Positions 11,727 to 23,788 of a DNA stretch of 64,000 nt are shown one piece after another. The stretch is from contig JBCCYL010000006.1 in assembly GCA_039189765.1 (NCBI GenBank), positions 1 through 64,000 of the forward strand, read 5' to 3'. The notes beneath the pieces were generated by a model. That model was not told the origin of the DNA. It ran no database searches and saw only the letters and a list, made by a program, of their open reading frames with translations. The stretch comes from Cyanobacteria bacterium P01_F01_bin.150. GTDB taxonomy: Bacteria > Cyanobacteriota > Cyanobacteriia > CAKZMO01. The stretch's first letter is position 1; the number at the start of each line of letters is the position of its first letter. The translations under genes were made by a program, and so were the position numbers.

Positions 11727-13019
11727 ATGTCTACATGCGTGGCTCTAAGTGCCCATAACAGTAAAAAAGAGGAGCTTGTCGCCTTAGCCAAAAAATATCA
11801 ATCTGTTCTCTCTCGTTATCACCTCATCGCCACCGATGATACTGGAAAATGTATTGAAGCCGAGACTGGATTGACGATTGAGCGTCTTGCCTCTACTGAG
11901 CAAGGGGGGAAAGTACAAATTGCCGCCCGAGTTGTGTCCGGTGATGTTGTCGGGGTTATCCTCCTATCGGATACCACTAACCCCCAACTTGAGGTCCCAG
12001 ATCACCAGGCTTTACTGCGGATTTGTGACCTTTACGATATTCCCTGCGCCACTAATGTTGCCACGGCTGAACTATCTATTCAGGGGGTTGCTAAGCGACG
12101 AGAAGCTTACCTAATCTTTAATCCAGTAGCGGGTCAAGGGAATCCCGATCGGGACTTGGCGATGATTCGTCAAATTCTGGAACCCCAGGTCAATCTCCAC
12201 ACTATTTTCACCCAGCCTGATATTGATCCTGTTGATCAAGCCAAAGAGGCCATTGCCGCTCTTCGCGATCTTCAAGATGAAGACACACCGGGCTGTATCA
12301 TTGCCTCGGGGGGAGATGGTACGGTGTCTGCGATCGCAGGTGTCACCCTAGAAACCGGTATTCCACTGGGCATTATTCCCCGAGGGACCGCCAATGCATT
12401 TGCCGTTGCCTTGGGTTTACCCACCGATCTAAAACGAGCATGTGAAACGATTGCAGCCGGAAATACGCGCATGGTAGACGCCGCCTATTGCAACAATATT
12501 CCCATGGTGCTGCTGGCGGGGGTGGGGTTTGAAGCAAGTATGGTGAGTAATGCCAATCGTGAATTAAAAGACAACTTTGGCCGCCTTGCCTATATTTTCT
12601 CCGCTGCACAACAGTTTTTCACCCAAGAAGAGTTCAACGTAAAAGTTGAGCTGGACGATCAGGTTTTAGAATTTAAGACCCCAGCGGTTACCGTTGCGAA
12701 TGCCGCTCCATCCACATCAGTTATGGCTCAAGGCTTTGGTGAAGTCATTCCCAATGATGGCTTGTTAGACGTTACGATTCCCTTTGCCAATACCTGGCGT
12801 GAGGGCATTAATGCCTCTGCGAGCCTATTGGGTTCTGCTTTGGCCCAGACTCAGATTAAAGATACAAATTTAGTCTGCCTGCGGACCAAGCACCTTAAAC
12901 TAACCACCGACCCGCCTCAGACATTAGTGGTGGATGGTGAAATCATGGAAGCCAACCCGATTGAATTTACCTGTATTCCCAAGGGGTTGACCATTTTTTC
13001 TCCACTCTCAACAATTTAG
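11727..13019 (+). CDS. Methylglyoxal-synthase-like domain fused to a YegS/BmrU-type lipid (diacylglycerol) kinase
   Basis: N-terminal VALSAHNSKKEELV...LIAT...ALLRICDLYDIPCATNVATA. Kinase motifs FNPVAG, ASGGDGTVS, GIIPRGTANAFA and VVDGE. RBS aagga before the ATG at 11727. Confidence 0.88.
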   Translation: MSTCVALSAHNSKKEELVALAKKYQSVLSRYHLIATDDTGKCIEAETGLTIERLASTEQGGKVQIAARVVSGDVVGVILLSDTTNPQLEVPDHQALLRICDLYDIPCATNVATAELSIQGVAKRREAYLIFNPVAGQGNPDRDLAMIRQILEPQVNLHTIFTQPDIDPVDQAKEAIAALRDLQDEDTPGCIIASGGDGTVSAIAGVTLETGIPLGIIPRGTANAFAVALGLPTDLKRACETIAAGNTRMVDAAYCNNIPMVLLAGVGFEASMVSNANRELKDNFGRLAYIFSAAQQFFTQEEFNVKVELDDQVLEFKTPAVTVANAAPSTSVMAQGFGEVIPNDGLLDVTIPFANTWREGINASASLLGSALAQTQIKDTNLVCLRTKHLKLTTDPPQTLVVDGEIMEANPIEFTCIPKGLTIFSPLSTI

Positions 13020-13077
13020 GGCTTATCTCTTAAAACGATACCGTTAGTAGTGATGAACCATGCAACCAAACCTGGGA

Positions 13078-16000
13078 CTACCCACTAATGGGTAGATGGA
13101 TGCAAAACTCAGTGCCTTTACCCAAGTCAGACCGTACTTCTAGTTGACCGCCATGCTTTTCTACAACAATTTGACGAGCGATCGCCAACCCTAACCCCGT
13201 CCCTTTACCGACTTCCTTAGTGGTGAATAAGTGGTCAAAAATATTCGCTTTAATATCTTCTGGAATACCCCGTCCATTGTCGGCGATCGCCACTTTGACC
13301 TGGTCATTTTCCATCGAAGTACGAATCATCATTCGGTGGGGAGTGGCTTCTATTTCATCAAAGCGACGATTCTGACTGGCATCATCTAGCGCATCAATGG
13401 CATTTGCCAGAATATTCATAAACACCTGATTAAGCTGGCCCGGAAAGCAGTTCACTTCCGGAATATTCCCATAGTCGGTAATCACTTCAATCGAAGGCCG
13501 TTGATCATTTGCTTTAAGGCGATGGCGCAGAATCAGAATCGTGCTATCAATCCCTTCATGCAGGTTAAACGCTTGTTTGGTGTCTTTGTCTGCCCGTGAG
13601 AAGATGCGTAAGCTTTTGCTGATGGCGGTGATGCGATCGCCACTATCTTTCATCGCACGAATCAATTTGGGCAGATCTGTTCGCACATATTCCAAATCCA
13701 CCGCCTCTAATTCATCTTTGAGATCTGAGCTTGGCTGCGGCAGTTCGTCGGCATACCGATCGAGTAACCTAATTAAAGTGCTAATGTACTCTTGGGTAGC
13801 CCCTACATTGCCGATAATACAGCCAACAGGGTTGTTAATTTCATGGGCTACTCCAGCGACTAAATTCCCTAAGGCAGACATTTTCTCGCTTTGGACAATC
13901 TGGAGCTGTGCCTGTTGGAGGTCAGCTAGGGCTTGCTCAGCCTGGTCATACAGCCGAGCATTTTCCAGAGAAATAGCTGCCTGAGTACACAGGCAATTAA
14001 GCACTAAAATCCGGTCTGTTGTAAACACATTGCTCGTTAGTTGATTGCTTAGATATAAAATACCGATGAGCTGCTTTTGGTTGAGAATCGGCAAACACAG
14101 CACACTGTTCGGCTGTGCCTGTCTAAGATAATCATCCACTACGGGCAATGCGGTTTCCAGATTGTCAATAGCAACGACATCCTGTGTATTTTTGACATAT
14201 TGAATCAGTTTGACCGGAAGCTTGGGATTATTGGCTAGTGGCTCAGCATAAAGCTCTATTTCATCTGCTGTAGCGATTTCTCTGTGGGCAGACTGCGCGA
14301 TCGCTCTAAGCGTCCATTCGCCCGTTTCATCCGGCAGGATAAGGGCACAGCGATCGCCCCCTGAATTATGCAGGATAGTTTGGGTGAGTTGACGCAGCAG
14401 TTCATCTATTTGAATCGTGCCAGAGATCGCCTGAGATGCTCTGAGAATGCTGGCAAAATCAAGGGCCTGATTAAAGCTAGCAAAATCAAGAGTCTGATTA
14501 AAACTGGTACTACTGGAACTGTGGTAAGTACTGGTATGAACTGAGGGGGGCGATACTGTTAAGGTCATCAGAGTGTTCAACACATCTTCTGATGACGCTG
14601 TGGGTTGCAAGATGGGCTGCAGCAGTTCTGAATAGAGGGTTTCTAAATTGGCGATTTTAGCTTTGGCCCCCCAGCGGGAGTAACAATAGTAAGCTTCTTG
14701 CATGTAGCCTGCGGCAACTTTTTCTTTGCCCCAATCCAAATAAAACTTGGCTGCGAGTTCGTTAGCCAACGCTTCTTCTTGAATAAAGCGATTTTCCTTT
14801 GCACCAGCAATGGCGCGATCGTATGATTCTATCGCTTCAAGTTTTTGATCTTGAACTCGACATAACTCAGCGATCACTAAGTCGTACTTATGGCGGTAGT
14901 TGATTGGAGAATCACAACACCATTGCTCAAGTTTAGCTCTAGCAATATCGACAATCTCAAGAACGGAATTTCGTCGTTCTGGGTCTGCATCTGGGCACGT
15001 TTGTAAATAGGCTAAGGCTTCGTAAAAATAAACCAAAGGAGGATACAGTAGCCCTAAAGCCTGCTCCATATTTGCCTTTGTGGTCTTAGCCAAAGCGATC
15101 GCCTGCGCATAGTTGCCCAGCAAGCAACAAAGGATCATCTCATGAAGAGCAATCTCAAACGCAGACATTCCTTTGATTTGATTGTTGGGTTCGAACATCT
15201 CCCCGTTGAGCACACACGCATCTTCAGCTTGACCTAGCAAATTTAAGATGGCTTGATAGTAAATGCAATGGGACTCTAAAATAGCATTCTGCTTGAGCTG
15301 ACGCATGACGTTGGCGTAGGTTTCCATTTCTACCACTAAATCTGGAAGTGCTCCACCACAGAAATAATTGTGAGCACAATAGACCTGGGCTGCCAATGCA
15401 GCTGTCTCAATATCTCCTATGGATAAACTCAGTTGATAGGCTCTCAAGAAGGGCGGAACCGTTAGATGAAGAGAATCTCTCCAATGGGTAATAAAGAGGT
15501 GGCAGTACAGTAAGGTCTTAGAAATAACTGTTGGGGATTGATTGGTTTCCAATAACCTGAGTGCCAATTGTGCAAATTCATATCCATCTTGGGTATTTGT
15601 CCCCTCTGAACACAAAATCATGCCATAGCAAGCGTAAGCAAATGGAGAGGTTTCCGTGACTCCATGTTCAAGAGAAAGGTTAATCTGTTTGATATTGATC
15701 AATGCTGAAAGCTGAGGGTTGATCAACATTGCCGTCATTGTCATGCGTGCGAGAAGACTTAGACCGGCTTTAATAGTTGGATCATGGGTTTCTGGAATTG
15801 TCGCCAACTCGGAAATAGAACAGGTTGCTAATTTCGCATTGGTAAATTCCTGTTCTTGAAGAAAGTCATCATGAGTCGGGTTTTCAGGGATATAAATCTT
15901 CAATTGCGCTAGCATCTCTCGTCCAGTCTTGATCGCTTCTGTAAAATTAAGTAGAGCTGAATGCGATTGAAGAATAAACTCATTAACTTTGACTTGATCT

Positions 16001-18534
16001 AACGCATCATTAGACTGCGTTAATAAGACCTGAGCACAAGCTTCCATCTCATTGAAATCACCCCTCAAAAAATTAATTTCCGTCGCCAATTCATAAATAT
16101 GATGGGTCAATGCATAGTCCTTGGACCAGGGGATGGCAGGGAGAAGACTAATGGCAAGATCAATATATTCTTTGGCTGCATTATAAGCAGTAGAATGTCT
16201 GGCCTTTAGTGCTGCATTCAGATTAAGCTGTAGAAGCTCTTGCCGGGCCTCCAGGGCTGTTACTAAATCAATTGCATAATTAAGCTGATTGACTATTCTA
16301 AAAAGGTTAGTCTCTGTTTGAATAGGAGAACGATTCTCTAAAAGACGTTGCCCAATCTTAAGGTGAGTCAGCTTTTTATCTTCTTCCTTTTCAATTAAAA
16401 AGTAGGCAGCCTGCTGGACGCGATCGTGCAAAAAGCGATACTCAACGGTAACCTGCTCAGTGTGAATATCCTTTTCTTCCCATTCTAGGAAAAACTTATA
16501 GGATTGGCTCTGGGGTAACACTAATCCTTCTTGTAGAGTACTCCACAACGTGACTGCCACTTCTTCCATTGGCATTGCACAGACAATGGCTAAGGTTTCC
16601 AAATCAAACTGATTGCCGATACACGCTGCAATTTTTAGAACGTCTTGAGTGGCCTGGGGTAATTTTCGCAGCCTCTCCACCATAAATGCCACTACATCAT
16701 CGGTTAAGGCTAGCTGCTTTACCTGGACTAGATTACATTGCCAATATCTATCTATCGAATCGAATACAATGCAATCTTCAGCGTAAAGTCCCCGCAAAAA
16801 TTGGATAGAAAAGAATGGATTACCTTTAGTTTTTTGATAAACCAAGGTTGATAAAGGTTCAGCTATTTTGGGAGGACACAACAACGTATCAGCGATAATC
16901 TGAGTGATATGGGTTTTCCCCAACGGCTCTAAGGTAATACTATTGCAGGTGGTGGCCTGTTTTTCCATTTCAGTCAATGCCAGTATCAGCGGGTGGCTGG
17001 GAAAAACCTCATTGTCGCGATAAGCCCCTAACACTAGGAGATACCCTGTATCTGCATTTATTTCTGATGCGTTCATCAACAGCTTCAATAGATCCAGTGA
17101 TGCCAGATCGATCCACTGTAAGTCGTCCAGAAAGATGACCAAGGGATGTGCTTTCCTGGTAAACACTCGAACGAACTGCCCAAAGAGCAACTTGAAGCGG
17201 TTTTGGGCGGCATTTCCTGACAGTTCTGGTGCAGGGGGCTGAGGACCCAAGATGATCTCTAGCTCTGGAATTAAGTTGATCAACACCTGAGCATTATCAC
17301 CCAACGCTGTTAGAAGTTGAGCCTTCCATAATTTCAACTCAGCATCGCCCTCACTCAATAATTGCCCAACTAAGTCTCGAAAGGCTTGAACAAATGCACT
17401 GAAGGGAATATTGCGGTTGAACTGGTCGAACTTCGCTTTAATAAAGTATCCTCGCTGTCGCACGATGGGCTTGTGAACTTCGTTAATGACCGCTGTCTTG
17501 CCAACACCAGAGAATCCAGCGACTAACATTAATTCCGGCTGTCCAGCGCTAGCCCGATTAAACGCTTCCAGCAGCGCCGTGACTTCGTTGTGGCGACCAT
17601 AGAGTTTTTCAGGAATGATAAAGCGATCGCTCACATCTCGCTGCCCTAACTGAAACGTTGGAATGGCCCCTTCTACTTGCCATTGACTGAAGCACTGTTC
17701 CAAATCGTGCTTTAGGCCAAGAGCACTCTGGTAGCGATTCTCGGCGTTTTTCTCCATTAGTTTTGACACAAGTGCCGACACCATAGGCGGCACTTGAGGA
17801 TTAACCTGATCCGCCATCTTGGGCTGTTGGGAAATATGACAATGGATTAACTCCAGCGGATCGTCACTGGTAAACGGGAGGTGTCCTGTCAGCAGCTCAT
17901 ACAGCGTTACGCCCAATGCATAAAAGTCCGTGCGATAGTCAATTGCGCGGTTCATCCGCCCCGTTTGTTCGGGCGCGAGGTAAGCCAAGGTTCCGTCTAA
18001 ACTACCGGGACTTTGAAGCGCCTGGGTCTCTTTTGGCAGCAGTGATGCGATGCTAAAGTCAATAAGCCAAATCTTCTTAGAGCCTGGATGAATCAGAATA
18101 TTGGCGGGTTTGATGTCTTTATGGATGACTCGTTGCTGGTGGAGGTTGTGGAGAATATCAACCAGTTGGAGGGCGATCGCCAGAACCTCTTCCACCTCAA
18201 GGGGCTGCTGTTGGCTATAGTCAGACAGCGCAACGCCTCCCACATCCTCCATGATTAATGCATAACTATTGCCGACGGATTCTAGCCCCAGCGGTTTAAC
18301 GAGGCCAGGGATCGATAGATTTTTCGTAATCGTATATTGATTGCGAAACCGCACCAGCTCTCCAAAACTGGGATAATTCTGATTGAGGCATTTGATCACT
18401 ACAGATTGGGCAGAAGTGTTTGCCCATGCACGATAGACCAACGTTCTTGTTCCCTGATAAAAGGATTCAATTTGGGTATATCCCAATACTTGAAGGCCAT
18501 TCTGCGCCAAAAGATTTTCATCTGTGATCTTCAT
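13078..18534 (-). CDS. Trifunctional Ser/Thr kinase - ATPase - GAF - histidine kinase
   Basis: [12 protein letters not shown] and [12 protein letters not shown] (kinase); GFSGVGKT and FLDDLQW (ATPase); GAF; H-box [19 protein letters not shown] and GKGTGLGL. Confidence 0.95.
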   Translation of the reverse strand: MKITDENLLAQNGLQVLGYTQIESFYQGTRTLVYRAWANTSAQSVVIKCLNQNYPSFGELVRFRNQYTITKNLSIPGLVKPLGLESVGNSYALIMEDVGGVALSDYSQQQPLEVEEVLAIALQLVDILHNLHQQRVIHKDIKPANILIHPGSKKIWLIDFSIASLLPKETQALQSPGSLDGTLAYLAPEQTGRMNRAIDYRTDFYALGVTLYELLTGHLPFTSDDPLELIHCHISQQPKMADQVNPQVPPMVSALVSKLMEKNAENRYQSALGLKHDLEQCFSQWQVEGAIPTFQLGQRDVSDRFIIPEKLYGRHNEVTALLEAFNRASAGQPELMLVAGFSGVGKTAVINEVHKPIVRQRGYFIKAKFDQFNRNIPFSAFVQAFRDLVGQLLSEGDAELKLWKAQLLTALGDNAQVLINLIPELEIILGPQPPAPELSGNAAQNRFKLLFGQFVRVFTRKAHPLVIFLDDLQWIDLASLDLLKLLMNASEINADTGYLLVLGAYRDNEVFPSHPLILALTEMEKQATTCNSITLEPLGKTHITQIIADTLLCPPKIAEPLSTLVYQKTKGNPFFSIQFLRGLYAEDCIVFDSIDRYWQCNLVQVKQLALTDDVVAFMVERLRKLPQATQDVLKIAACIGNQFDLETLAIVCAMPMEEVAVTLWSTLQEGLVLPQSQSYKFFLEWEEKDIHTEQVTVEYRFLHDRVQQAAYFLIEKEEDKKLTHLKIGQRLLENRSPIQTETNLFRIVNQLNYAIDLVTALEARQELLQLNLNAALKARHSTAYNAAKEYIDLAISLLPAIPWSKDYALTHHIYELATEINFLRGDFNEMEACAQVLLTQSNDALDQVKVNEFILQSHSALLNFTEAIKTGREMLAQLKIYIPENPTHDDFLQEQEFTNAKLATCSISELATIPETHDPTIKAGLSLLARMTMTAMLINPQLSALINIKQINLSLEHGVTETSPFAYACYGMILCSEGTNTQDGYEFAQLALRLLETNQSPTVISKTLLYCHLFITHWRDSLHLTVPPFLRAYQLSLSIGDIETAALAAQVYCAHNYFCGGALPDLVVEMETYANVMRQLKQNAILESHCIYYQAILNLLGQAEDACVLNGEMFEPNNQIKGMSAFEIALHEMILCCLLGNYAQAIALAKTTKANMEQALGLLYPPLVYFYEALAYLQTCPDADPERRNSVLEIVDIARAKLEQWCCDSPINYRHKYDLVIAELCRVQDQKLEAIESYDRAIAGAKENRFIQEEALANELAAKFYLDWGKEKVAAGYMQEAYYCYSRWGAKAKIANLETLYSELLQPILQPTASSEDVLNTLMTLTVSPPSVHTSTYHSSSSTSFNQTLDFASFNQALDFASILRASQAISGTIQIDELLRQLTQTILHNSGGDRCALILPDETGEWTLRAIAQSAHREIATADEIELYAEPLANNPKLPVKLIQYVKNTQDVVAIDNLETALPVVDDYLRQAQPNSVLCLPILNQKQLIGILYLSNQLTSNVFTTDRILVLNCLCTQAAISLENARLYDQAEQALADLQQAQLQIVQSEKMSALGNLVAGVAHEINNPVGCIIGNVGATQEYISTLIRLLDRYADELPQPSSDLKDELEAVDLEYVRTDLPKLIRAMKDSGDRITAISKSLRIFSRADKDTKQAFNLHEGIDSTILILRHRLKANDQRPSIEVITDYGNIPEVNCFPGQLNQVFMNILANAIDALDDASQNRRFDEIEATPHRMMIRTSMENDQVKVAIADNGRGIPEDIKANIFDHLFTTKEVGKGTGLGLAIARQIVVEKHGGQLEVRSDLGKGTEFCIHLPISG

Positions 18535-18887
18535 AAAACTCGATGGAAGAAGTTAGTATGATTTTCTCTTAGAATGCCCAGGCTGTAGATGATTATCGTA
18601 CAGACTGCGGGGGCAAACAGAATCACCTGCTAAATTGGTAGACCAATACAGCATTCAATACATTGGCCGATTTCCAATTACCTTTTCAACGTGCAACCGT
18701 GGGTATCGGAGACGATTTGGTGAGCAATCGCTTTTAAAGATAAGGAACATGGGCGATCGCGTTTACTGGGAGATGTAGAGGGCGATCGCATCATAAATTT
18801 ATAACATGCTGCGATCGATGAACTTCTGAGTCTGGTCATATTAAATTCTGGCATTATGGTCATATGGGTGCAGGTTTGAGACATTAG

Positions 18888-20237
18888 GTGGTCATCAATA
18901 AAATGGGCATGGATAACACTGACGCTACTTTAAAGTTCGCTGAAACCCTTATTTATAAGACAGCCGGTGCCTATTGCAGCGATTTGCAACGCCAAATTTT
19001 GCTAACCGCATTACAGGGTGAGCGTAAAACCTATGATCAGCTAGCAAAAGCTTCGGGGTATTCCAGTAGATATGTCAGACAAGATGTTGCCCCTAAGCTT
19101 TGGCAAATTTTGTCAGAGGCCTTGGGACAAAAGGTCAGCAAATCCAATATCCGGTTTCTGCTAGATCAGAAGATGAACGAGTCATCTTTAGCACCGTCAC
19201 GATCTGCTGACGATACCCCACCCCCGATCGTCAGCCTTTCTACCCCAATAGCTAAAGCAATATCGCCTCCAAGTGCAGAGCATAGTTTGACGACAGCCAG
19301 CATTCTATTGGTAGATGACGAACCTCAAAATTTACGGGTTTTGTCAGATTTGCTGGAGGAGCATGGGTACAGAGTTCGCCAAGCTATTAGTGGCCCGTTT
19401 GCGTTGGATGCGATCGCCCAAGAGAAGCCAGCCCTAGTGCTAATGGATATCCATATGCCAGAGATGGATGGGTATAGCGTCTGCCAACGCATCAAAGACA
19501 ATTCTACTACTGAAGATATTCCCGTTATTTTTGTGAGTTCGTTGGACGAAATCTGGGATAAGGTCAAAGCGTTTTCAGTGGGTGGCAGCGATTATATTAG
19601 TAAGCCATTTAAGGTGGTGGAGGTGCTAGCGCGGGTTGAAAATCAGCTAAAGCTGCGGCGGCTACAGCAAACACTAGATGAGCAGAATAGGGCGCTCCAG
19701 CAAGCGCTCCAGCGAGTACAGCAGCTAGCAGCTACGGATGAGGCAACTCAGGTAGCGAGTCGTCGCCAGTTTAATCAGTTTTTATTTGAAAGCTGGCAGC
19801 AGGGGTTAGAAGCGCAAACGCCTCTAACGTTGATGCTCTGCCAGATTGACAATTTTAAGTTTGAGGGAGAAGCGGCGACCCCGCGCCGGATGGATGACTG
19901 CCTCTATCAGGTGGCCCAAGCGATTAAGGACGCTGCAAGGGATGGGCTGGTTTGTCGGTATGGCGTGATTACGTTTACGGTTGTTTTGCCACAGCAAACA
20001 TTGGCGGCAGGAAAGACTGTGGCTCAAGCGATTTTGCAGCAGATGGAGAAGGAGGCGATGGCACAACGTCACTCTGTTAGGAGTATTGCGTCTCAACCTT
20101 TACCCCTCACCCTCAGCATTGGTCTGATGACGGTACACCCCACACCAGAGGTGGATGTGGAGGATGCACTACTTAAACCGTGTGAGTTACTGCTACAGAA
20201 GGCCCAGGGGAAGGGGGGCAATTGTTGGGTAAGTTGA
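18888..20237 (+). CDS. HTH - receiver - degenerate GGDEF response regulator (ATG at 18903 or 18909 is the more likely start)
   Basis: N-terminal SDLQRQIL...TYDQLA...GYS..YV...VAPKLW..LS..LG.KVSK.N (cyanobacterial HTH-like). REC motifs LVDDEP, LMDIHMP, KPF. The GGDEF site reads CRYGVITF. Confidence 0.88.
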   Translation: MVINKMGMDNTDATLKFAETLIYKTAGAYCSDLQRQILLTALQGERKTYDQLAKASGYSSRYVRQDVAPKLWQILSEALGQKVSKSNIRFLLDQKMNESSLAPSRSADDTPPPIVSLSTPIAKAISPPSAEHSLTTASILLVDDEPQNLRVLSDLLEEHGYRVRQAISGPFALDAIAQEKPALVLMDIHMPEMDGYSVCQRIKDNSTTEDIPVIFVSSLDEIWDKVKAFSVGGSDYISKPFKVVEVLARVENQLKLRRLQQTLDEQNRALQQALQRVQQLAATDEATQVASRRQFNQFLFESWQQGLEAQTPLTLMLCQIDNFKFEGEAATPRRMDDCLYQVAQAIKDAARDGLVCRYGVITFTVVLPQQTLAAGKTVAQAILQQMEKEAMAQRHSVRSIASQPLPLTLSIGLMTVHPTPEVDVEDALLKPCELLLQKAQGKGGNCWVS

Positions 20238-20472
20238 TAGAGGATATATTTATCCTGCAATCGTCCCTTACCAAACCGTCACAGCGATCGCACTTCCCCC
20301 TCAGCATTGGTCTAATGACTGTCCACCCCACACTGGATATCGATATGGCTTTATGCAAAAGCGATCGCGCCAGGTAAAGCGCGATCGCGTAGCGTCTCCA
20401 AAGGAGAACCACCCTCTTAAGTTTGACGTTAGCTCAATACCAGACGAGAACTAAAGATTCATCGTTTTGAAG

Positions 20473-20496
20473 GTAGGTGGGCAATGCCCACCTTAC
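20473..20496. repeat. Short GTAG-type REP-like palindrome
   Basis: gtaggtgggc aat gcccaccttac; a partial copy ggcaatgcccaccctac lies at 49064-49080. Both sit between convergent genes. Confidence 0.65.
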
Positions 20497-20529
20497 TGAT
20501 ACTTACCTATTATTTAGTGGTGATGAATG

Positions 20530-23057
20530 TTAGACATTATTCCAATTTCCAACCAGGTATTGACCTGAATTGCCAGTCGCAAAGGTGTGGAAGATATCGT
20601 GAGCACCATCACGATTGGTATCCATGTAGATGCCATTGCCATAACGAACCGCGATATCATCAATGCCATTACCATCCCAGTCACCGACAAGATATTCGTC
20701 ACTTGGGCTGCCGTTACCGTAAGAATGCAAGATATCGTGAACGCCATCACGATTGGTATCCATATAGATCTTGTTGCCTCGACGAAAAGCAATGTCATCA
20801 ATACCATTACCGTCCCAGTCACCTACGAGATACTGATCTTCTGAATTACCACGACCATAGCTGAGCAAGATATCGTGAACGCCATCACGATTGGTATTCA
20901 TATAAATCTTGTTGCCTCGACGAACAGCAATATTATCGGTGCCATCACCATTCCAGTCGCCTACAAGATACTGATCCTCTGAATTACCATTACCATAACT
21001 GAGCAAGATATCGTGATTGCCACCATTACCGGTATCCATATAGATATTGTTGCCCTGACGAATCGCAATGTCATCGAGACCATTACCATCCCAGTCGCCT
21101 ACGAGATACTCGTCATCTAAACTACCATTGCCATAAGAGAGAAAGCGTTCGACGTCAGCGTCACGATCAGTATCCATATGGATTACACCGTTTTGCTGCC
21201 AAGCAATGTATTGCTTAACCTCAAGATTGATTTCGTTTGCTTTGATAGAGGTATCTTTGAACTGCAAATTTTCGATGGATGTCAGCGTATCTTCGCCGTC
21301 TGTTCCCGTATTTGCAGTCACTGTAATGACACCATTGCTTTCTCTGAGAGTGTAATCACTGATTAGGCCAGAGAAAACGGCAGTATCACCCCCTGAACCT
21401 CCATCCAAGTCGTCGTTACCTGCCCCCCCTTTGAGGGTATCGTTGCCTGCCCCCCTTTGAGGGTATCGTTACCTGCACCACCATCGAGTTGATTTTTACT
21501 GCTATTACCAGTGATGTGATCCATCCGATCAGTGCCAATGATATTCTCGATACCATAGAGCCTGTCGAAGCTTGCAGTCTGTGTAACCAGATTTCCAGAT
21601 GGATCGACATTGACAAAATTATCATCAACTATTCCTGTAGTAAGGTTAGCTCTAATGCCTCTGCTAACATCGTAGGAATCAGGCCCCTGGTCATATCTCC
21701 GATCGTTACGATACTCGTAACCATTAGCGTTGGCATAGGACACCGTATCTGAACCACGACCGCCATAGTACTTGTCCGATCCAAAGTTGGCAATAAAGGT
21801 GTCATTGAGCTTGGTGCCAAACCGAAAGTCGTCGCTGTCTTTGTTTTCTTCCGTGAGTGTATATCCGTTGTAAGCGCCCAATATCATGAAGCGACCCTTC
21901 ATGCTGGCGAATTCATTTTTGAACCCGGTCGGCAGACTGGCCGTGATATCTTGACCCACTCGTGTGATGGTCGTATCGTTGTGGTCAAAACCGACCTGAA
22001 TTTTGTTACCGCCATTTGCATGACCGATCATGAGGGCGTTTTCTCTGAGAGCTGCCTTCGACGCTTCAATATAGGTAGTCTTATCAGCATCTGTCAGGCC
22101 AAATTCTCGCTTGGCGTTTGCCCAATCAAAATTCACGGTGGCAAAGGTTTTGTCGCCTGCTTGGGTGCCGCCATATTTGAAGGCCATTTCATCTTTGCCG
22201 TTAGTATCGTTGGAGATGAAGACGTTTAAGTCCCCCCCTGCGGCCAATGGAATAATGAGGATATCCTCTGCTGTACTAAAGTCTTCGACCGTGGCGTAAC
22301 CAGCGGCATTGGCATCGGGAATAGTTACAGTTTGAGCTTTATTCCAATCGTTGCCCAACAAAGCTTTCACTCCCTTAATAGCCATTGGTGCAACTGTCTT
22401 AGCAAGTCTAGCGGAAAATCCAGCAGGACCAAATCCAATGCCTACTTCAAAGACTAGGTTACTTAAATCGGTAGAAATATCCCAAGCTAGCTTACCAAAG
22501 TCAAACTTTCCGGCATCAATGGTCTGGGTTGTAGTTTGGGTAAATTCACCCAAAAAGAAGGTATCTGCATCGGCACCGCCCCAGAGCTTATCGCTGTAGT
22601 TGCTAGTTAGGTCACCCGAGAAGAGAATGTCATTGCCTTCATTTCCGTAGATGGTGTCGCTACCGTCACGGCCATCGATAATGTCACGGCCTCTCCCGCC
22701 TTTGAGCGTTTCCGTTAATCCAGGAATCGTGAAAGAACCTCGACGAACACCCCCTTCATACTCCGTGGCATACTGGGTCGTTTGGCCATAGATAATGTCA
22801 TCACCAGTTGTGCCTTGAACGTTTCCCTCGTAAATCCAGTCATAGTCCCAATGCCCCTTCCAAAAGTTAGGGAATTCATACTTTTCATGTTTTTCATTTG
22901 TGGAACCGTTGCTGTGTCTTAGCCATTCTTGAGCATTATTATGAAAAACAACGCCATTTCCTTGTAGAGCATAAATAGAATCATCTCTGTAAACATGGGC
23001 CTCGTAATTGACCGATGCGTTATCAGTAATAGTCCCGCGCCATAGTCTTGTTGCCAT
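20530..23057 (-). pseudogene. RTX (hemolysin-type Ca-binding) secreted protein with C-terminal 46-aa repeats, split by a 1-bp frameshift
   Basis: ORFs 21363-23057 and 20530-21408 join into one ~842-aa frame if one C is added to the C6 run at 21450-21455 (the adjacent repeat copy has C7). GGxGND repeats; about five LVGDWDGNGxDDIAxRxGNxIYMDT repeats. Confidence 0.85.
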
Positions 23058-23125
23058 TTTTGTTGTCTCCTGTAAAAATTGTGTGATTGAGTGGGGGTGT
23101 GGCTTGTACTCCTCGCTGTTGAACT

Positions 23126-23201
23126 CACTATCGCCAAACCCTCCAACAGAAAAAAGGCGGTTTGTGTCAGCTTTTGTCAGGAGAAAAAAGAATTTTGTCA
23201 G
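23126..23201 (-). promoter_or_regulatory. CTGACA-box promoter upstream of the RTX gene
   Basis: CTGACA boxes start (minus strand) at 23201, 23180 and 23170. GATAGTG begins at 23132. Confidence 0.6.
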
Positions 23202-23400
23202 ACCTTGAGAGTAAATTGCTGGCTTTTGTTACCTGGGTCATTCCCCTTGATGAGACAGATCACTAAAACGTGAAGTCGACCCCAACACTACAGATAAAAA
23301 TCGAGTCAACATCGCAAAAAATTGCTTTTGGTTGGAAATGCTTCCAAAAAAACTTTGCCTGATTTTGTAATATCAAGTCATCTTGAATGCCCTTAATATT

Positions 23401-23431
23401 TTTTGGAGCGGCGCGAAACGCCGCTCCAAAA
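23401..23431. other. Perfect 13-bp-stem hairpin between divergent genes
   Basis: ttttggagcggcg cgaaa cgccgctccaaaa. Confidence 0.7.
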
Positions 23432-23663
23432 GGTGGACTGATTTTTTATGGGTGTTTAGCTTGACATGATATAAAACAGCGATCGCTGCCCCTAAACTCT
23501 ATTGATTTAGAAAGAAAAGGCAGTTTGATTAGCTCTCGGTGCATCTCAGAGGACTGTAGCTCAACCACTGACCAACTGTGCGTAGGATGCCCGTAGGCGA
23601 CAGCCGTAACGCATCGGGTATCTGATTTCCACACAAATCCCTAGCCCCACTTGTCTACCAACA

Positions 23664-23731
23664 CCTGACGTTTACCTGACATTTACCCGACACTTTCTGT
23701 CTAGTTTCTGCCGTAAATTTTGATGATAGTG
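23664..23731 (+). promoter_or_regulatory. CYGAC-box promoter upstream of the DUF4347 gene
   Basis: CCTGAC/CCCGAC at 23664, 23675 and 23686 (11-bp period), then tttctgtctagtttctg, then GATAGTG at 23725. Confidence 0.65.
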
Positions 23732-23788
23732 GGAGTACAGGGAGGCATTAAGCATCGGCAATCACACGTATCAAAGAGGAACAGGAAG

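Noticed and set aside
18888..20237. Active diguanylate cyclase
   Set aside because: The GG(D/E)EF site is replaced by GVITF. The 53579 protein is likewise degenerate (GEETF).
20111..20348. Duplicated GGDEF tail as a DGR template/variable repeat pair
   Set aside because: Mismatches are not adenine-specific and no reverse transcriptase is present in the window.
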